This document shows positions 10,212 through 21,249 of a stretch of DNA of 64,000 nt, piece after piece. The notes under the pieces are model-generated. The model had not been told where the DNA came from. It ran no database searches and was given only the letters and a program-made list of their open reading frames with translations. The DNA is taken from the NCBI GenBank assembly GCA_902536545.1, contig CACAXS010000006.1, positions 913 to 64,912 of the forward strand. Reading direction: 5' to 3'. The position numbers and the translations under genes were made by a program. The DNA is from an uncultured Prochlorococcus sp. Its GTDB lineage: Bacteria; Cyanobacteriota; Cyanobacteriia; PCC-6307; Cyanobiaceae. How positions within the stretch are numbered: the first letter of the stretch is position 1; each line of letters opens with the position of its first letter.

Positions 10212-11024
10212 GTGACAGATAAAATTGCGATTATTGGTTTTGGAAATATTGCAAGTGCTATAGTTACGCCTCTATTAGATAAAAAATTAATTCAGCCAGA
10301 GAATGTTTTTTGTGTTGTAAATACAGAAAAAAGTTTAGAAAACATAAAAAAAAATTATAAATATAATATAAACATTTATAAATCAGATTCTAAAGATTCA
10401 AAAATAATTTGGGATTGTCAATATAAACTTCTTTCGATAAAACCCCAACAATTTGATGACATAAGTGAGGCCCAACATATAAAAAATAAGGATAATTTAA
10501 TAGTTTCAATTCTTGCCGGGGTTTCAATAAATAGACTTACTCAGAAATTTCCTAATCATAAATGTGTGAGGGTGGTTACAAATATTCCAATAACTATTGG
10601 AAAAGGTTTAACAGGGATCTCTTGGGGAGAAGAGATTACAAAAGATCAGAAACAATTTGCGAAAAAATTATTTGAAAGTACTAGTAAAATTTATGAATTT
10701 ACTGAAGATTACCTTGATATATTTTTAGCTTTAACTTCATCAGGTCCTGCAATTATTGCTCTAATTATAGAAGCATTAAGTGATGGAGGATTAAGCGGGG
10801 GATTACCAAAAATAATTTCAGAGGAACTTGTTATGGAAATGATACTAGGGACTATTTGTCTAATAAAGGAAAATAAACTTTCTACTTCTGAGCTTAAAAA
10901 TTTAGTAACCTCTCCAGGTGGAACAACTATTTCTGCTTTAAGGGTTTTAGAAAAAAAGAGTGTAAGGTCAGCATTAATGGAATCAATAGTTTCAGCTAGT
11001 AATCGAAGTAAAGAGTTTCGTTAG
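10212..11024 (+). CDS. proC: Pyrroline-5-carboxylate reductase
   Basis: IGFGNIA, SSGPA, VTSPGGTT. Confidence 0.95.
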   Translation: MTDKIAIIGFGNIASAIVTPLLDKKLIQPENVFCVVNTEKSLENIKKNYKYNINIYKSDSKDSKIIWDCQYKLLSIKPQQFDDISEAQHIKNKDNLIVSILAGVSINRLTQKFPNHKCVRVVTNIPITIGKGLTGISWGEEITKDQKQFAKKLFESTSKIYEFTEDYLDIFLALTSSGPAIIALIIEALSDGGLSGGLPKIISEELVMEMILGTICLIKENKLSTSELKNLVTSPGGTTISALRVLEKKSVRSALMESIVSASNRSKEFR

Positions 11025-11029
11025 GTTTC

Positions 11030-12187
11030 TCAATTATCTTTTAAGTTCATATAAACTTTTTCAAGTGAATTTATATTTTTAGCAATTGTGTATCTCTCAA
11101 GTATACGTTCTCTAGCTTTTTCTCCAAGATCTTTTGTAAATGATGGGTGTTCTACAAGAATTGGGATTATAGTTTTTAACTGTCCAGCCACATTTTCAGT
11201 TGAAATTACTATTCCTGCTCCGTTATCTAAAACTTCACCATCAGCTCCGGCATCTGTAGCTACACAAGCAGTACCAGCAGACATTGCCTCTAAAAGTGAT
11301 AATGATAAACCTTCTACTAAGCTTGGTAAGAAAAATACTTCTGCTATTTGCATTATTGCTATCCTAGTTTCTAAATCTAATTCGGCACCCCACCAAATTA
11401 ATTTTTCATTACCAAGGTTAGAAAAACTATTTTCAAGTGTTGGCTTAATTGGTCCATCCCCAACAATAACTAATTTGCAATTTTGAGTTTTTGTTTGGCG
11501 CCAAGAACGTAAAAGTGCCTCGATATTTTTTTCATTTGCAATCCTTCCCATATATAAAAAGATTCTTTCATTTCCAAGTTTGTTTTTTACATGATCATAT
11601 TTTTTATTTTTTTTGCAAAAAGGTTTCCAAATATTTTCATCAACGCCGTTTGGAATAATTATTTGTTTTTCTTTAGGTACTCCTAATTTCTCAAGAACAT
11701 TTTTTTGAGGTTCAGAAAAAATAATTATTTTATCGAACTTTGCTAATGAGGGAGCATAAAGTTGATACGTTAATTGTTGAGTACTCGCGGTTAGATTTCT
11801 ATTTTTTGCATCAAATGGTGGATGAAATGTTCCTAGAAGAGGTACATTAATTTCATTACAAAGCTCTGGAAGTCTAAAGTCTAAAGGAGATAAAGTTAGG
11901 CTTGCATGTACTATGTCAGGTTTTAATCTTTCCAATGATAGCCTTAGCTCTTTTTCTGCCCTTGGCGAGGGTATTGTATAAACTTGAGATTTAATTAAAT
12001 ATGGGAGACTTACATCAGGATCATTTGCAAGAAATAATGGTTTTGATGAATTTGAACTAGAGGGGTTGTCGAAATGAATAAAGCTAATTTTATGCCCTCT
12101 GGCCTTTAATTCCTTAGTAGTTGAATTACCGTAAGTTACATTTCCACAAAAAGGCGATTTTTTCCCCAACCATGCAATATGAACCAC
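11030..12187 (-). CDS. dgdA: GT4 glycosyltransferase, probable digalactosyldiacylglycerol synthase
   Basis: HIAWLGKKSPFCGNVTY N-terminus; EGLSLSLLEAM GT4 motif. Confidence 0.7.
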   Translation of the reverse strand: MVHIAWLGKKSPFCGNVTYGNSTTKELKARGHKISFIHFDNPSSSNSSKPLFLANDPDVSLPYLIKSQVYTIPSPRAEKELRLSLERLKPDIVHASLTLSPLDFRLPELCNEINVPLLGTFHPPFDAKNRNLTASTQQLTYQLYAPSLAKFDKIIIFSEPQKNVLEKLGVPKEKQIIIPNGVDENIWKPFCKKNKKYDHVKNKLGNERIFLYMGRIANEKNIEALLRSWRQTKTQNCKLVIVGDGPIKPTLENSFSNLGNEKLIWWGAELDLETRIAIMQIAEVFFLPSLVEGLSLSLLEAMSAGTACVATDAGADGEVLDNGAGIVISTENVAGQLKTIIPILVEHPSFTKDLGEKARERILERYTIAKNINSLEKVYMNLKDN

Positions 12188-12272
12188 ATTAATTGAATTA
12201 ACTATTTATAAAGTTAACAGGCAAAGGCGCCATGTTCATATTTTTAAAATTTTTTAATGCTTTATGAAAATG

Positions 12273-13058
12273 CTAACTATATATTTCTCTCAACATTTTT
12301 AGTGAAGATAGATCCTTCTCTAATTGAGTAGAGATCCATGTCTCAATAATGAATAATATTTTAAGCCAGACTTTTTTTGGACCCAACAACTCCCCATTAG
12401 ATTTTATTGGTAATTCTGGGAAAAGAAGTCTCTGTAATAGAGCAACTTCAGATGCATTAATTTTTAGATTACTTTGAGGATCTTCTATGGATGAAAACCC
12501 TTCGCATGGCAAATAATAACAACTCCATTCCCAATTTCCTAAAGGTGGAATAATAGGCTCTCCAGTTTTACAACAATGATGAATTGGTAAATTAATACCC
12601 CCGATGGCTAATAGATGGATCAAAGATTGAATACTCATTGAGAGCATTTTAATATCTTCTTCTTGAGACGCTTTATATAAATAAATCCTATCAAGATGTG
12701 CAAGAACGCAAGATAAATAGTCTTGCTGCTTGTCATTATTACCTATTAATAAAAATGTTAATTCAGTTATTGCTTGTGCGGCTGCAAGACATTCAATATT
12801 TTTCCCAAGGCCAGAATAGCTTTTTAATATTTTAATTTGACGTACTGATTTAAGATTCCTTTTTCCAAAAATCTGCAAACTTAAATATGTTAAAGGAGCA
12901 GCTGCGGCAAGACTACTTTTAGGACGCCTAGCACCAGGTACTGCTAATCTAACAATCCCTTGCTCATCGGTAAGGATAGTTATTAATCTATCATTCTCGC
13001 CTAATGGAGAAGCTTTAATACAGAGACCTTTTAATCTGCACTCACCAGAACCAGACAT
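12273..13058 (-). CDS. recO: DNA repair protein RecO
   Basis: GENDRLITILT..G, GARRPKS. Confidence 0.92.
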   Translation of the reverse strand: MSGSGECRLKGLCIKASPLGENDRLITILTDEQGIVRLAVPGARRPKSSLAAAAPLTYLSLQIFGKRNLKSVRQIKILKSYSGLGKNIECLAAAQAITELTFLLIGNNDKQQDYLSCVLAHLDRIYLYKASQEEDIKMLSMSIQSLIHLLAIGGINLPIHHCCKTGEPIIPPLGNWEWSCYYLPCEGFSSIEDPQSNLKINASEVALLQRLLFPELPIKSNGELLGPKKVWLKILFIIETWISTQLEKDLSSLKMLREIYS

Positions 13059-13718
13059 TTAAATAACGTTTACTTCTTCAAAAATTTCACAAAAATTGGA
13101 AGTTCCCACGCAACTAATTCCATTATCAAACAAATCAATTACTTGCGTCAGTTTTTTTATACCACCAACAACTTTGATTTGATTTTGTGAGCCTGTTATT
13201 TTTAGTATTTCGCTGACATCATTAGATGTAAGAGAAGACCCAAACCCGTCCCCGAATTGAAAATTTTTTATTCCTAATTCCAAACATATTTCTATCGCAT
13301 TAATAAAAACTTCTTCTTGTAGTTTTGATTTATTTATGATTATTGTAACTGGTAATCCAGATAATTTAACTTGCTCAATTTCAGAAGCAAAATTTTCTAA
13401 ATTTCTTTTGGATAAATTGATAAAGTTTGGGATATATTCAATTCCTTTTGCACCCTTATCTTTTGCAAAACAAACTAATTCTTCAATAAATGAAACTGGT
13501 AAATCTGCTAAAGGGTAAGAAATAAGTGCGTTTATATCCGCACTGTAATTTCCCAAACAGTTTTTAAGATCAATTAAATAATTTAGTGAAGTAGAAATAT
13601 TTTTGATATTATGTTTTCTTATCAAATCGCAATTCACACAGAAATCTTCCCAGGATAGATAAGGGTTAATAATAATCGCATGAATTTTCTCGTTTAATTC
13701 ATATTCAATATTGGGCAT
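13059..13718 (-). CDS. deoC: Divergent deoxyribose-phosphate aldolase-like protein
   Basis: ISYPL, IKVVGGIK, VGTS; position between hpf and recO; KTSTG motif absent. Confidence 0.7.
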   Translation of the reverse strand: MPNIEYELNEKIHAIIINPYLSWEDFCVNCDLIRKHNIKNISTSLNYLIDLKNCLGNYSADINALISYPLADLPVSFIEELVCFAKDKGAKGIEYIPNFINLSKRNLENFASEIEQVKLSGLPVTIIINKSKLQEEVFINAIEICLELGIKNFQFGDGFGSSLTSNDVSEILKITGSQNQIKVVGGIKKLTQVIDLFDNGISCVGTSNFCEIFEEVNVI

Positions 13719-13725
13719 TTGAAAC

Positions 13726-14310
13726 TTATTTAGATTGAATCAGTCCATAACCTCCATGATTCCTTTTATATATAACTTGAAGTTCATTATTTTTCTTGTT
13801 TCGAAAAACATAAAAATCATGATCAATTAGATCTAATTGTTTTCTTGCTTGTTCTGATGAAATTGGAGTCATTTCAAAGTATTTATTTTTAATAGATGGC
13901 TCAGGCAGACTTGCTTCAGTTCCTTCTTTAAATAAAGCTTTATCTAAAAAACTTGATTCCATACTTTCAATTGGTAAAGAATCTTTATTTTTAAATTGTT
14001 TATTATGGATTGTTTTATTGTTTCTTTCTTTGTATTTACGTAATTTTCTACAGAGTTTATTTGAAACTAAATCAATGCTTGAGTATAGATTTTCAGTTTT
14101 TTCTTCAGCTCTAATTACGGTACCATTTGCAAAAATAGTAACTTCTGCAGTTTGGAACGAGACTCTTGGGTTTTTTTCAATTGAAAGGTGTATGTCAGCC
14201 TCTTTAACGATATCCTTATAGTGATGCGTTGCTTTTTCTATTTTTGCCTCAGTATATTCTTTTAATGCTCCAGTGAGCTCAAGATTCTTTCCATGGATTA
14301 AAATTTTCAT
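13726..14310 (-). CDS. lrtA: Ribosome hibernation factor, long HPF (LrtA)
   Basis: GKNLELT, LYSSIDLV, HDFYVFRN, YKRNHGGYG. Confidence 0.93.
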   Translation of the reverse strand: MKILIHGKNLELTGALKEYTEAKIEKATHHYKDIVKEADIHLSIEKNPRVSFQTAEVTIFANGTVIRAEEKTENLYSSIDLVSNKLCRKLRKYKERNNKTIHNKQFKNKDSLPIESMESSFLDKALFKEGTEASLPEPSIKNKYFEMTPISSEQARKQLDLIDHDFYVFRNKKNNELQVIYKRNHGGYGLIQSK

Positions 14311-14354
14311 AACAAATCTAAAAATATTTACTTACTTTCTAAATCTACTTAAAT

Positions 14355-15005
14355 ATGGATAATAGAACAGCAATAATTAAACAACCTGATAATATTTCTT
14401 CTTTTAATGATGTTTATAAATTACAAAAAGAATATCAGGAGGCATTGATTTTAGATAATTTTAACCCTGACTTTATTTGGATAGGGGAGCATCAACTCTG
14501 TTATACATTAGGTAGAGGATCAAATTACGATAATTTACTATTTTCTTTGGATGATAATAAATATGATGTTTTTAAAATTAATAGAGGTGGTGAGGTTACT
14601 TGTCATATGCCTGGACAATTAGTAACTTACTTGGTTTTAGATTTGAAAAATTTTAATAAAGATTTAAATTGGTATTTAAGAAAAATTGAAGAAATCATTA
14701 TAAAAATTCTTGGAACTTTCAATATAGATTGTGAATCTAGAAGGGGTTTTACTGGTGTTTGGATAGGAAATAAGAAAATTGCTTCTATTGGAATTGGTTG
14801 TAAAAGATGGATTACGATAAATGGATTTTCAATCAATGTAGACTGCGAACTAGAAAACTTTAATAGAATTAATCCTTGCGGAATAGAGGATTGTTTTATG
14901 GCAAATATGATTGATTACAACAAAAATTTAAATATTCAAGAAGTCAAGAGAATTGTTAAAAAAATCATTCAGGAAGAATTTAATTTTGATTTTATATCAA
15001 AATAG
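14355..15005 (+). CDS. lipB: Lipoyl(octanoyl) transferase
   Basis: [33 protein letters not shown]. Confidence 0.95.
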   Translation: MDNRTAIIKQPDNISSFNDVYKLQKEYQEALILDNFNPDFIWIGEHQLCYTLGRGSNYDNLLFSLDDNKYDVFKINRGGEVTCHMPGQLVTYLVLDLKNFNKDLNWYLRKIEEIIIKILGTFNIDCESRRGFTGVWIGNKKIASIGIGCKRWITINGFSINVDCELENFNRINPCGIEDCFMANMIDYNKNLNIQEVKRIVKKIIQEEFNFDFISK

Positions 15006-15032
15006 AAATTAAAATTTCAAAATCGATTTAAT

Positions 15033-16976
15033 ATGTGTGATCTAGCTTATTGGCCTTCAGCTAAACCTCTTTCTAAAAAAGATAAATTTGCTAAAAATAG
15101 AGCTTTTATTAAGAAGCTTCATCATATAGATCAAATTTGGGAAAAATTAAAAATTAAATGTGGTGATACTTTAGCTGTTTGCGATTTAAGAGGAAAATAT
15201 CAAGAAAGATTTTCTTATTCTGAGTTGGCTGATTTAATTACAAAAGTCTCTTTTTCATTTAAAAATCATGGTTTAGTAAAGGGAGATGTAGTTACTGTAA
15301 TATCTGAAAATTCTCCAAGATGGCTAGTAGTAGATCAAGGCTTAATGCGTTTGGGAGCTATAAATGCAGTAAGAGGTATTAATTCTCCTTCAGTAGAATT
15401 AGATTATATTATTGAGCACTCTAATTCAGTAGGTCTAGTAGTTCAATCTAAGGAGATTTGGCTAAAGTTAAACAACAAAGAAGAATTAAAAAAAAGACTG
15501 AAATTTATAATCAATTTAGAAGATGAACAATTTGAAAGTTTAATAAGTTGGAGTAAATTTACAAGTTCAGCAGAAAAAGAAAATTTACAAAATAATAATT
15601 TTGAAAAATTTAATCCAGAAATTGATGACGTCGCTACTATTCTTTACACTTCTGGGACAACAGGAAAACCTAAAGGTGTACCCTTGACTCATGCAAATTT
15701 TTTACATCAAATAATCAATTTAGCCTATATCGCTGATCCAGAGCCTGGGACCTCTGTATTAAGCGTGTTGCCTATCTGGCATTCTTATGAGAGGAGTGCT
15801 GAATACTTCTTTTTTTCATGTGGTTGTTCACAATATTATACAATTCCAAAATTTCTGAAAGATGATATTACACAAATAAAACCTGTTGTCATGGCCACTG
15901 TACCAAGACTATGGGAGGCAATACATGATGGTTTTTTTCAGGCGTTAAAAAAAATGACTTCCAAAAAGCAAAAACTTATTAAGTTTTTGATAAGTAATAG
16001 TTCAGTTTTCAAAAGAAGTTTTAGAAAGATAAGAAACTTAGATATCAATCAAATAACTTTTAAATCAAAAATCCTCTTGCTGGGTTCTATTATTGGTCGA
16101 TATCCTTTACATAAATTGTCTACTATTTTTTTATGGCCGAATATTCTTAGACAACTATGCGGAGAAAAACTGAAATTTCCTATTAACGGCGGAGGGGCAT
16201 TGCCAGAACATGTGGATCTTTTTTTTGAATCTTTAGGTGTAGATGTTTTGGTGGGGTATGGCCTTACAGAAACTAGTCCAGTATTAACTTGTAGAAGAAG
16301 AGAATTAAATGTGAGAGGATCATCCGGTCAGCCTCTAGCATTTACTGAAATCAAAATAGTAAATGATGATAAAAAAAAGATTCTGAAGTTCAGAGAAGTC
16401 GGAAAAATTCTTGTTAAGGGACCGCAAGTAATGAAAGGTTATCTTAATAATAAATTAGCTACAAAAGATGTTTTATCCAAGGATGGTTGGTTTGATACTG
16501 GTGATTTAGGTTTCCTAATACCAAATGGTTCTCTTTTTATAACAGGAAGAGCCAAGGATACAATAGTACTATCAAGTGGCGAAAATATAGAACCGAATCC
16601 GCTTGAGACCGAAATCCTTAGTTCTGAATTTATTAATCAGATTCAACTAGTAGGACAAGACAAGAAATGTTTAACAGCCCTTGTAGTGCCTAATGTCGAA
16701 TTGCTTAAAAACAAGTTTTTGGAAGAAGACTTTTCGCAATTAAACCTGAATAAAAATATTAGTACATTTTTTAAATCACAAATTAATAATTTGCTTAAAA
16801 GTCGAGTTGGAGCAAGATCAGAAGAACAGATATTAGATTGTTATTTTGTTGATGCCTTTACTTTAGAAAATGGTTTGTTAACACAAACTCTTAAACAAAA
16901 AAGAAAAGAAATAGAAAAAAAGTATTCATTACAAATAGAAAATATGTATGAAAACAAATTTAGGAAGAAAATTTGA
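15033..16976 (+). CDS. Long-chain acyl-CoA / acyl-ACP synthetase
   Basis: YTSGTTGKPKG, GYGLTET, FDTGDLG, GRAKD. Confidence 0.9.
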   Translation: MCDLAYWPSAKPLSKKDKFAKNRAFIKKLHHIDQIWEKLKIKCGDTLAVCDLRGKYQERFSYSELADLITKVSFSFKNHGLVKGDVVTVISENSPRWLVVDQGLMRLGAINAVRGINSPSVELDYIIEHSNSVGLVVQSKEIWLKLNNKEELKKRLKFIINLEDEQFESLISWSKFTSSAEKENLQNNNFEKFNPEIDDVATILYTSGTTGKPKGVPLTHANFLHQIINLAYIADPEPGTSVLSVLPIWHSYERSAEYFFFSCGCSQYYTIPKFLKDDITQIKPVVMATVPRLWEAIHDGFFQALKKMTSKKQKLIKFLISNSSVFKRSFRKIRNLDINQITFKSKILLLGSIIGRYPLHKLSTIFLWPNILRQLCGEKLKFPINGGGALPEHVDLFFESLGVDVLVGYGLTETSPVLTCRRRELNVRGSSGQPLAFTEIKIVNDDKKKILKFREVGKILVKGPQVMKGYLNNKLATKDVLSKDGWFDTGDLGFLIPNGSLFITGRAKDTIVLSSGENIEPNPLETEILSSEFINQIQLVGQDKKCLTALVVPNVELLKNKFLEEDFSQLNLNKNISTFFKSQINNLLKSRVGARSEEQILDCYFVDAFTLENGLLTQTLKQKRKEIEKKYSLQIENMYENKFRKKI

Positions 16977-17014
16977 TTTGTTCTATCTATATTAAAAAGG
17001 TAATTTAATTTTTT

Positions 17015-17458
17015 ATGGAAACAAAAAACTCAATATCTATAAAGCGCTCAATAGCTATTAAAGCTGTAGTTACACCAACTTGGAAGGAAGATGCTGAAAA
17101 AGAATTAAGTAAAGCAATTTCAAATATTGATCAGCAATTATCTCAACTTGAGCAGGAGGGGCAGCAAATAGTAAATAATATTAGATCTCAATCTATTAAT
17201 CCTCTAGATCCAAGAGTACAAGAACAGGTTAGTCAGGTGCAACAACAAGTTGCAGCAAAACGAAATGAAATTGAAGAACAAAAAAGAAATCTACTTCAAC
17301 AACAGAGTCAAGTTCGCGAATTAAAAATGGATGAAATTGTTGATCAAGGACAAGTGGATAGTTTCTGTGATGTCACTGTGGGCGACAATCTTATTGAAAA
17401 AATGCAAGTCTCAATTACTGTTAAAGATGGAGTTATTCAATCTATAGAAAATAATTAA
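17015..17458 (+). CDS. YlqD family protein
   Basis: IKAVVTPTWKE, coiled coil, conserved position upstream of pdhC. Confidence 0.8.
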   Translation: METKNSISIKRSIAIKAVVTPTWKEDAEKELSKAISNIDQQLSQLEQEGQQIVNNIRSQSINPLDPRVQEQVSQVQQQVAAKRNEIEEQKRNLLQQQSQVRELKMDEIVDQGQVDSFCDVTVGDNLIEKMQVSITVKDGVIQSIENN

Positions 17459-17676
17459 ATAAAAAGATTTAGTATCTTGATAAAAATAAGTTAATCTTTA
17501 TTGCGAAAAGTTTTTAATTCTAATCGATCTAAATTATTACTTTCTTAAGTTTTAAGAGTTCCCACTGTGAACATGATTTCGTATAATTAGATCAAGAGTT
17601 AAAAGGGTTTTTAATCATAAAAACTTTTGAAAGTTTGGTAAAAATCCCTTAAAACTTATGCAATAACAATTTTCTT

Positions 17677-19044
17677 ATGTCTCACGAAATATTCATGCCT
17701 GCCTTGAGTTCTACTATGACGGAGGGCAAGATTGTGGAATGGTTGAAAAATCCGGGAGATAAGGTTGAAAGAGGCGAATCTGTCTTGGTTGTTGAATCTG
17801 ACAAGGCAGATATGGATGTTGAATCTTTTCAAGATGGATATCTTGCAGCAGTTTTAATGCCTGCCGGCAGCACTGCACCTGTTGGAGAAACTATTGGTCT
17901 CATTGTAGAAAATGAGGATGAGATAGCTTCTGTTCAAAAACAAAATAAAGAAAATCAACCCGAAGTCTCTACTTCAGACCAACTTGAATTGGTAAGCAAT
18001 AAAACTGAAGAAAAACCAGTAGTCCAGACTGAAAATATAAATAAAGAAGCGGAAGAAGTCGTTTTAAAGAGTGAAAAGCCTGTACCATCTTTTAATACCG
18101 ATCAAATTAGTGCCGCTATAAGTAATGTTTCTTCGAGGATTATTGCATCTCCAAGAGCTAAAAAACTAGCCTCTCAAATGGGTGTTGATTTAGCAAAGGT
18201 TCATGGATCTGGTCCTCACGGAAGGATTCAAGCTGATGATATTCTAAAAGCTAATGGACAACCTGTCTCCATACCATGGATAGGAGAAAGTGCTTCTCCT
18301 GCAAATATTCCTGGTACAAATTTGGGAGTTGAAAGTAAACCAGAAACTTCAGGAAATAGTTTTGGTAAACCTGGAGAAACAGTTCAATTTAATACTCTTC
18401 AAAAAGCAGTAAATAAAAATATGGAATCTAGTTTAGATGTTCCATGTTTTAGGGTGGGTTACTCTATCAATACAGATAAATTAGATAATTTCTACAAAAA
18501 GGTAAAACAGAACGGAGTGACTATGACTGCCTTACTTGTAAAGGCAGTTGCAAAAACACTAAAGAAACATCCTCAAGTTAACTCAAACTTTTCAGAAAAT
18601 GGAATTTCTTATCCAGAGAATATAAATATTGCTGTTGCTGTTGCGATGGAAGATGGGGGACTAATAACTCCAGTTTTAAAAGAACCATGCAAAACTGATT
18701 TATTTGAATTATCTAGGGAATGGAAAGATCTTGTAAAAAGATCTAGATTAAAACAATTAGAACCAGATGAATACTCAACAGGAACATTTACCTTATCTAA
18801 CCTTGGTATGTTTGGTGTTGATAGATTTGACGCAATACTACCCCCAGGGACCGGTGCGATCTTAGCGATAGCATCATCGAAACCAACTGTTGTAGCTAAT
18901 AGTGATGGTTCAATATCTGTTAAAAAAATAATGCAAGTAAATCTTACAGCTGATCACAGAGTGATCTATGGAGCTGATGGTGCTTCATTCTTGAAAGACT
19001 TGGCTAACCTGATTGAAAATGAGCCAGAGACACTTATATCTTAA
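17677..19044 (+). CDS. pdhC: Pyruvate dehydrogenase E2 dihydrolipoamide acetyltransferase
   Basis: Lipoyl ESDKAD, E3-binding ASPRAKK, DHRVIYG. Confidence 0.96.
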   Translation: MSHEIFMPALSSTMTEGKIVEWLKNPGDKVERGESVLVVESDKADMDVESFQDGYLAAVLMPAGSTAPVGETIGLIVENEDEIASVQKQNKENQPEVSTSDQLELVSNKTEEKPVVQTENINKEAEEVVLKSEKPVPSFNTDQISAAISNVSSRIIASPRAKKLASQMGVDLAKVHGSGPHGRIQADDILKANGQPVSIPWIGESASPANIPGTNLGVESKPETSGNSFGKPGETVQFNTLQKAVNKNMESSLDVPCFRVGYSINTDKLDNFYKKVKQNGVTMTALLVKAVAKTLKKHPQVNSNFSENGISYPENINIAVAVAMEDGGLITPVLKEPCKTDLFELSREWKDLVKRSRLKQLEPDEYSTGTFTLSNLGMFGVDRFDAILPPGTGAILAIASSKPTVVANSDGSISVKKIMQVNLTADHRVIYGADGASFLKDLANLIENEPETLIS

Positions 19045-19050
19045 ATTTAA

Positions 19051-20175
19051 TTGATTTATAAAATTAATAATGAAGAAAGAGATTATAGGCTTGAATCTTA
19101 TGATTATTTACTTGATCCTTCATTAATTGCTAGTAAACCTTCTGCAATTAGGCATGAATCAAGATTGATGATAGTTAGAAATAGTGTTTTAGAAAAAGAC
19201 TGCTTAACTAATAAATTTACCAAGAATCTTTTAGATGAATTTAGAGAAGGCGATCTTGTAGTTGTAAACAATACTAAAGTAATGAAGGCAAGGTTAAAGG
19301 TTGAATTAGAAAATGGGACGTTAGTCGAATTATTAGTCTTAGAAAGATCCCATGAATGTGTTTGGTTATGTTTGGCAAAGCCAGCAAAAAAGTTAAAAAT
19401 AAATAGAAAAATAATTTTAAAATCTCCTTCTGCAAAAGATATTAATTTGATGGTTGATGGGGTTGATGAAGAAACTGGAGGGAGATTTATTAAATTTCCT
19501 GAAAATATAACTGATCTCAATTCAATGAATGACCTTCTTGATAAATACGGGGAAATACCTCTCCCACCTTATGTAAAAAATACCGAAGAAGAATCTTTTC
19601 ATGAGAAAAGTTATCAAACTGAGTATGCAATTAATCCGGGGGCAGTAGCTGCACCAACAGCTGGTTTACACTTAAGCAAAAGTCTTATTTCCAATCTAAA
19701 AAAAAAAGGAGTAATAATCTTACCGATAACTTTGCACGTGGGTTATGGAACATTCAAACCAATTGATCAAGAAGATTTAAGTAACTTAAAACTTCATAAA
19801 GAATGGGTAAGTGTTAATAAGGAAGTAGTGGAGGAAATAAAAAGAATAAAGAAAACAGATAGAAAAATAATTGCTATTGGTACAACTAGCGTAAGAGCTC
19901 TTGAAAGTTGTTATTCTTGCGAAATTAATGACTTTATTCCCATAGCTAAATATGTAGATTTAGTAATTAAGCCAGGTTATAAATTCAAGGTAGTTGATGG
20001 ATTATTAACTAATTTTCATCTCCCTAAAAGTTCATTATTACTTTTAGTAAGTGCAATGATTGGTAGAGAAAGATTATTGGATTTGTATAAGAAAGCCATA
20101 AAAGAAAAATTTAGATTCTTCTCTTATGGCGATGCGATGTATATTTCACCAGATTCACTACTGGAGAAAAAATAG
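19051..20175 (+). CDS. queA: S-adenosylmethionine:tRNA ribosyltransferase-isomerase
   Basis: AVAAPTAGLH, TNFHLPKS, FFSYGDAM. Confidence 0.97.
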   Translation: MIYKINNEERDYRLESYDYLLDPSLIASKPSAIRHESRLMIVRNSVLEKDCLTNKFTKNLLDEFREGDLVVVNNTKVMKARLKVELENGTLVELLVLERSHECVWLCLAKPAKKLKINRKIILKSPSAKDINLMVDGVDEETGGRFIKFPENITDLNSMNDLLDKYGEIPLPPYVKNTEEESFHEKSYQTEYAINPGAVAAPTAGLHLSKSLISNLKKKGVIILPITLHVGYGTFKPIDQEDLSNLKLHKEWVSVNKEVVEEIKRIKKTDRKIIAIGTTSVRALESCYSCEINDFIPIAKYVDLVIKPGYKFKVVDGLLTNFHLPKSSLLLLVSAMIGRERLLDLYKKAIKEKFRFFSYGDAMYISPDSLLEKK

Positions 20176-20177
20176 AT

Positions 20178-21164
20178 TTAGGCTTTAACTGGTTCTTGAA
20201 TGATTCCGCTTGGAACTTCAGTAAACATAATTGATGATAAATATCTCTCTGCTAAATCAGGTAGAACAACTACAATTGTCTTCCCAGCATATTCATCTTG
20301 TTCAGCTAATCTAACAGCAGCAGCAGCAGCAGCCCCACAAGAAATTCCTACTAATAGACCTTCCTCTTTAGCTAACCTAAGAGCCATCTCTATTGATTCG
20401 TCATTTGTTACTTGTTCAACCTTGTCAACAATTGATAAGTCAAGGTTCTTAGGAATAAATCCTGCTCCAATTCCTTGGATTTTATGTGGTCCAGATTTAA
20501 CCTCTTCTCCATTCATTGTCTGTGTAATAACAGGACTATGTGATGGTTCTACAGCTACAGAAGTAATATTTTTGCCCTTTTCTTGCTTAATATATCTTGA
20601 AACTCCTGTAATTGTGCCGCCAGTTCCAACCCCTGCAACTAAAACATCAATTTCACCATCGCAATCATCCCAGATTTCTGGTCCAGTAGTTTTAAAATGA
20701 ATTTCAGGGTTTGCTGGATTATCAAATTGACCGGGCATGAAATATTGAGAAGGATTACTTTCTGCAATTTCTTTAGCCTTAGCTATTGCTCCAGGCATAC
20801 CTTTAGAAGCCTCTGTCAAAACAATTTCAGCCCCCATCACTGCCATAACCCTTCTTCTTTCAATTGACATGGATTCTGGCATTGTAAGGATGAGTTTATA
20901 ACCTCTTGCTGAAGCAGTAAAAGCTAAAGCAATTCCTGTATTTCCAGAAGTTGGCTCAACAATAGTTTTGTCTTTTGTAAGCTTCCCACTTTTCTCTGCA
21001 TCCCAAATCATGTTGGCGCCAATCCTACATTTGACACTATAAGCAGGATTTCTACCTTCAATTTTTGCAAGTACTGTAGCTTTCGCTTTTTTAGTAACTG
21101 ATTTTAATTTTACTAATGGAGTGTTTCCAATAGCAAAACTGTTGTCCTCATAAATTTTTGCCAT
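20178..21164 (-). CDS. cysK: Cysteine synthase A
   Basis: [27 protein letters not shown]. Confidence 0.96.
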   Translation of the reverse strand: MAKIYEDNSFAIGNTPLVKLKSVTKKAKATVLAKIEGRNPAYSVKCRIGANMIWDAEKSGKLTKDKTIVEPTSGNTGIALAFTASARGYKLILTMPESMSIERRRVMAVMGAEIVLTEASKGMPGAIAKAKEIAESNPSQYFMPGQFDNPANPEIHFKTTGPEIWDDCDGEIDVLVAGVGTGGTITGVSRYIKQEKGKNITSVAVEPSHSPVITQTMNGEEVKSGPHKIQGIGAGFIPKNLDLSIVDKVEQVTNDESIEMALRLAKEEGLLVGISCGAAAAAAVRLAEQDEYAGKTIVVVLPDLAERYLSSIMFTEVPSGIIQEPVKA

Positions 21165-21249
21165 TTATATATTGAGAATTCATACTTTAATATTAACTAT
21201 TATTCAGAAAAAAAGTGTACATAAGTTTTATACGGTAAATACTGGGAAT

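Noticed and set aside
20314-20333. (GCA)n runs in cysK, also in ndhB and ctaB
   Set aside because: Encode poly-Ala stretches in conserved proteins; not contingency repeats
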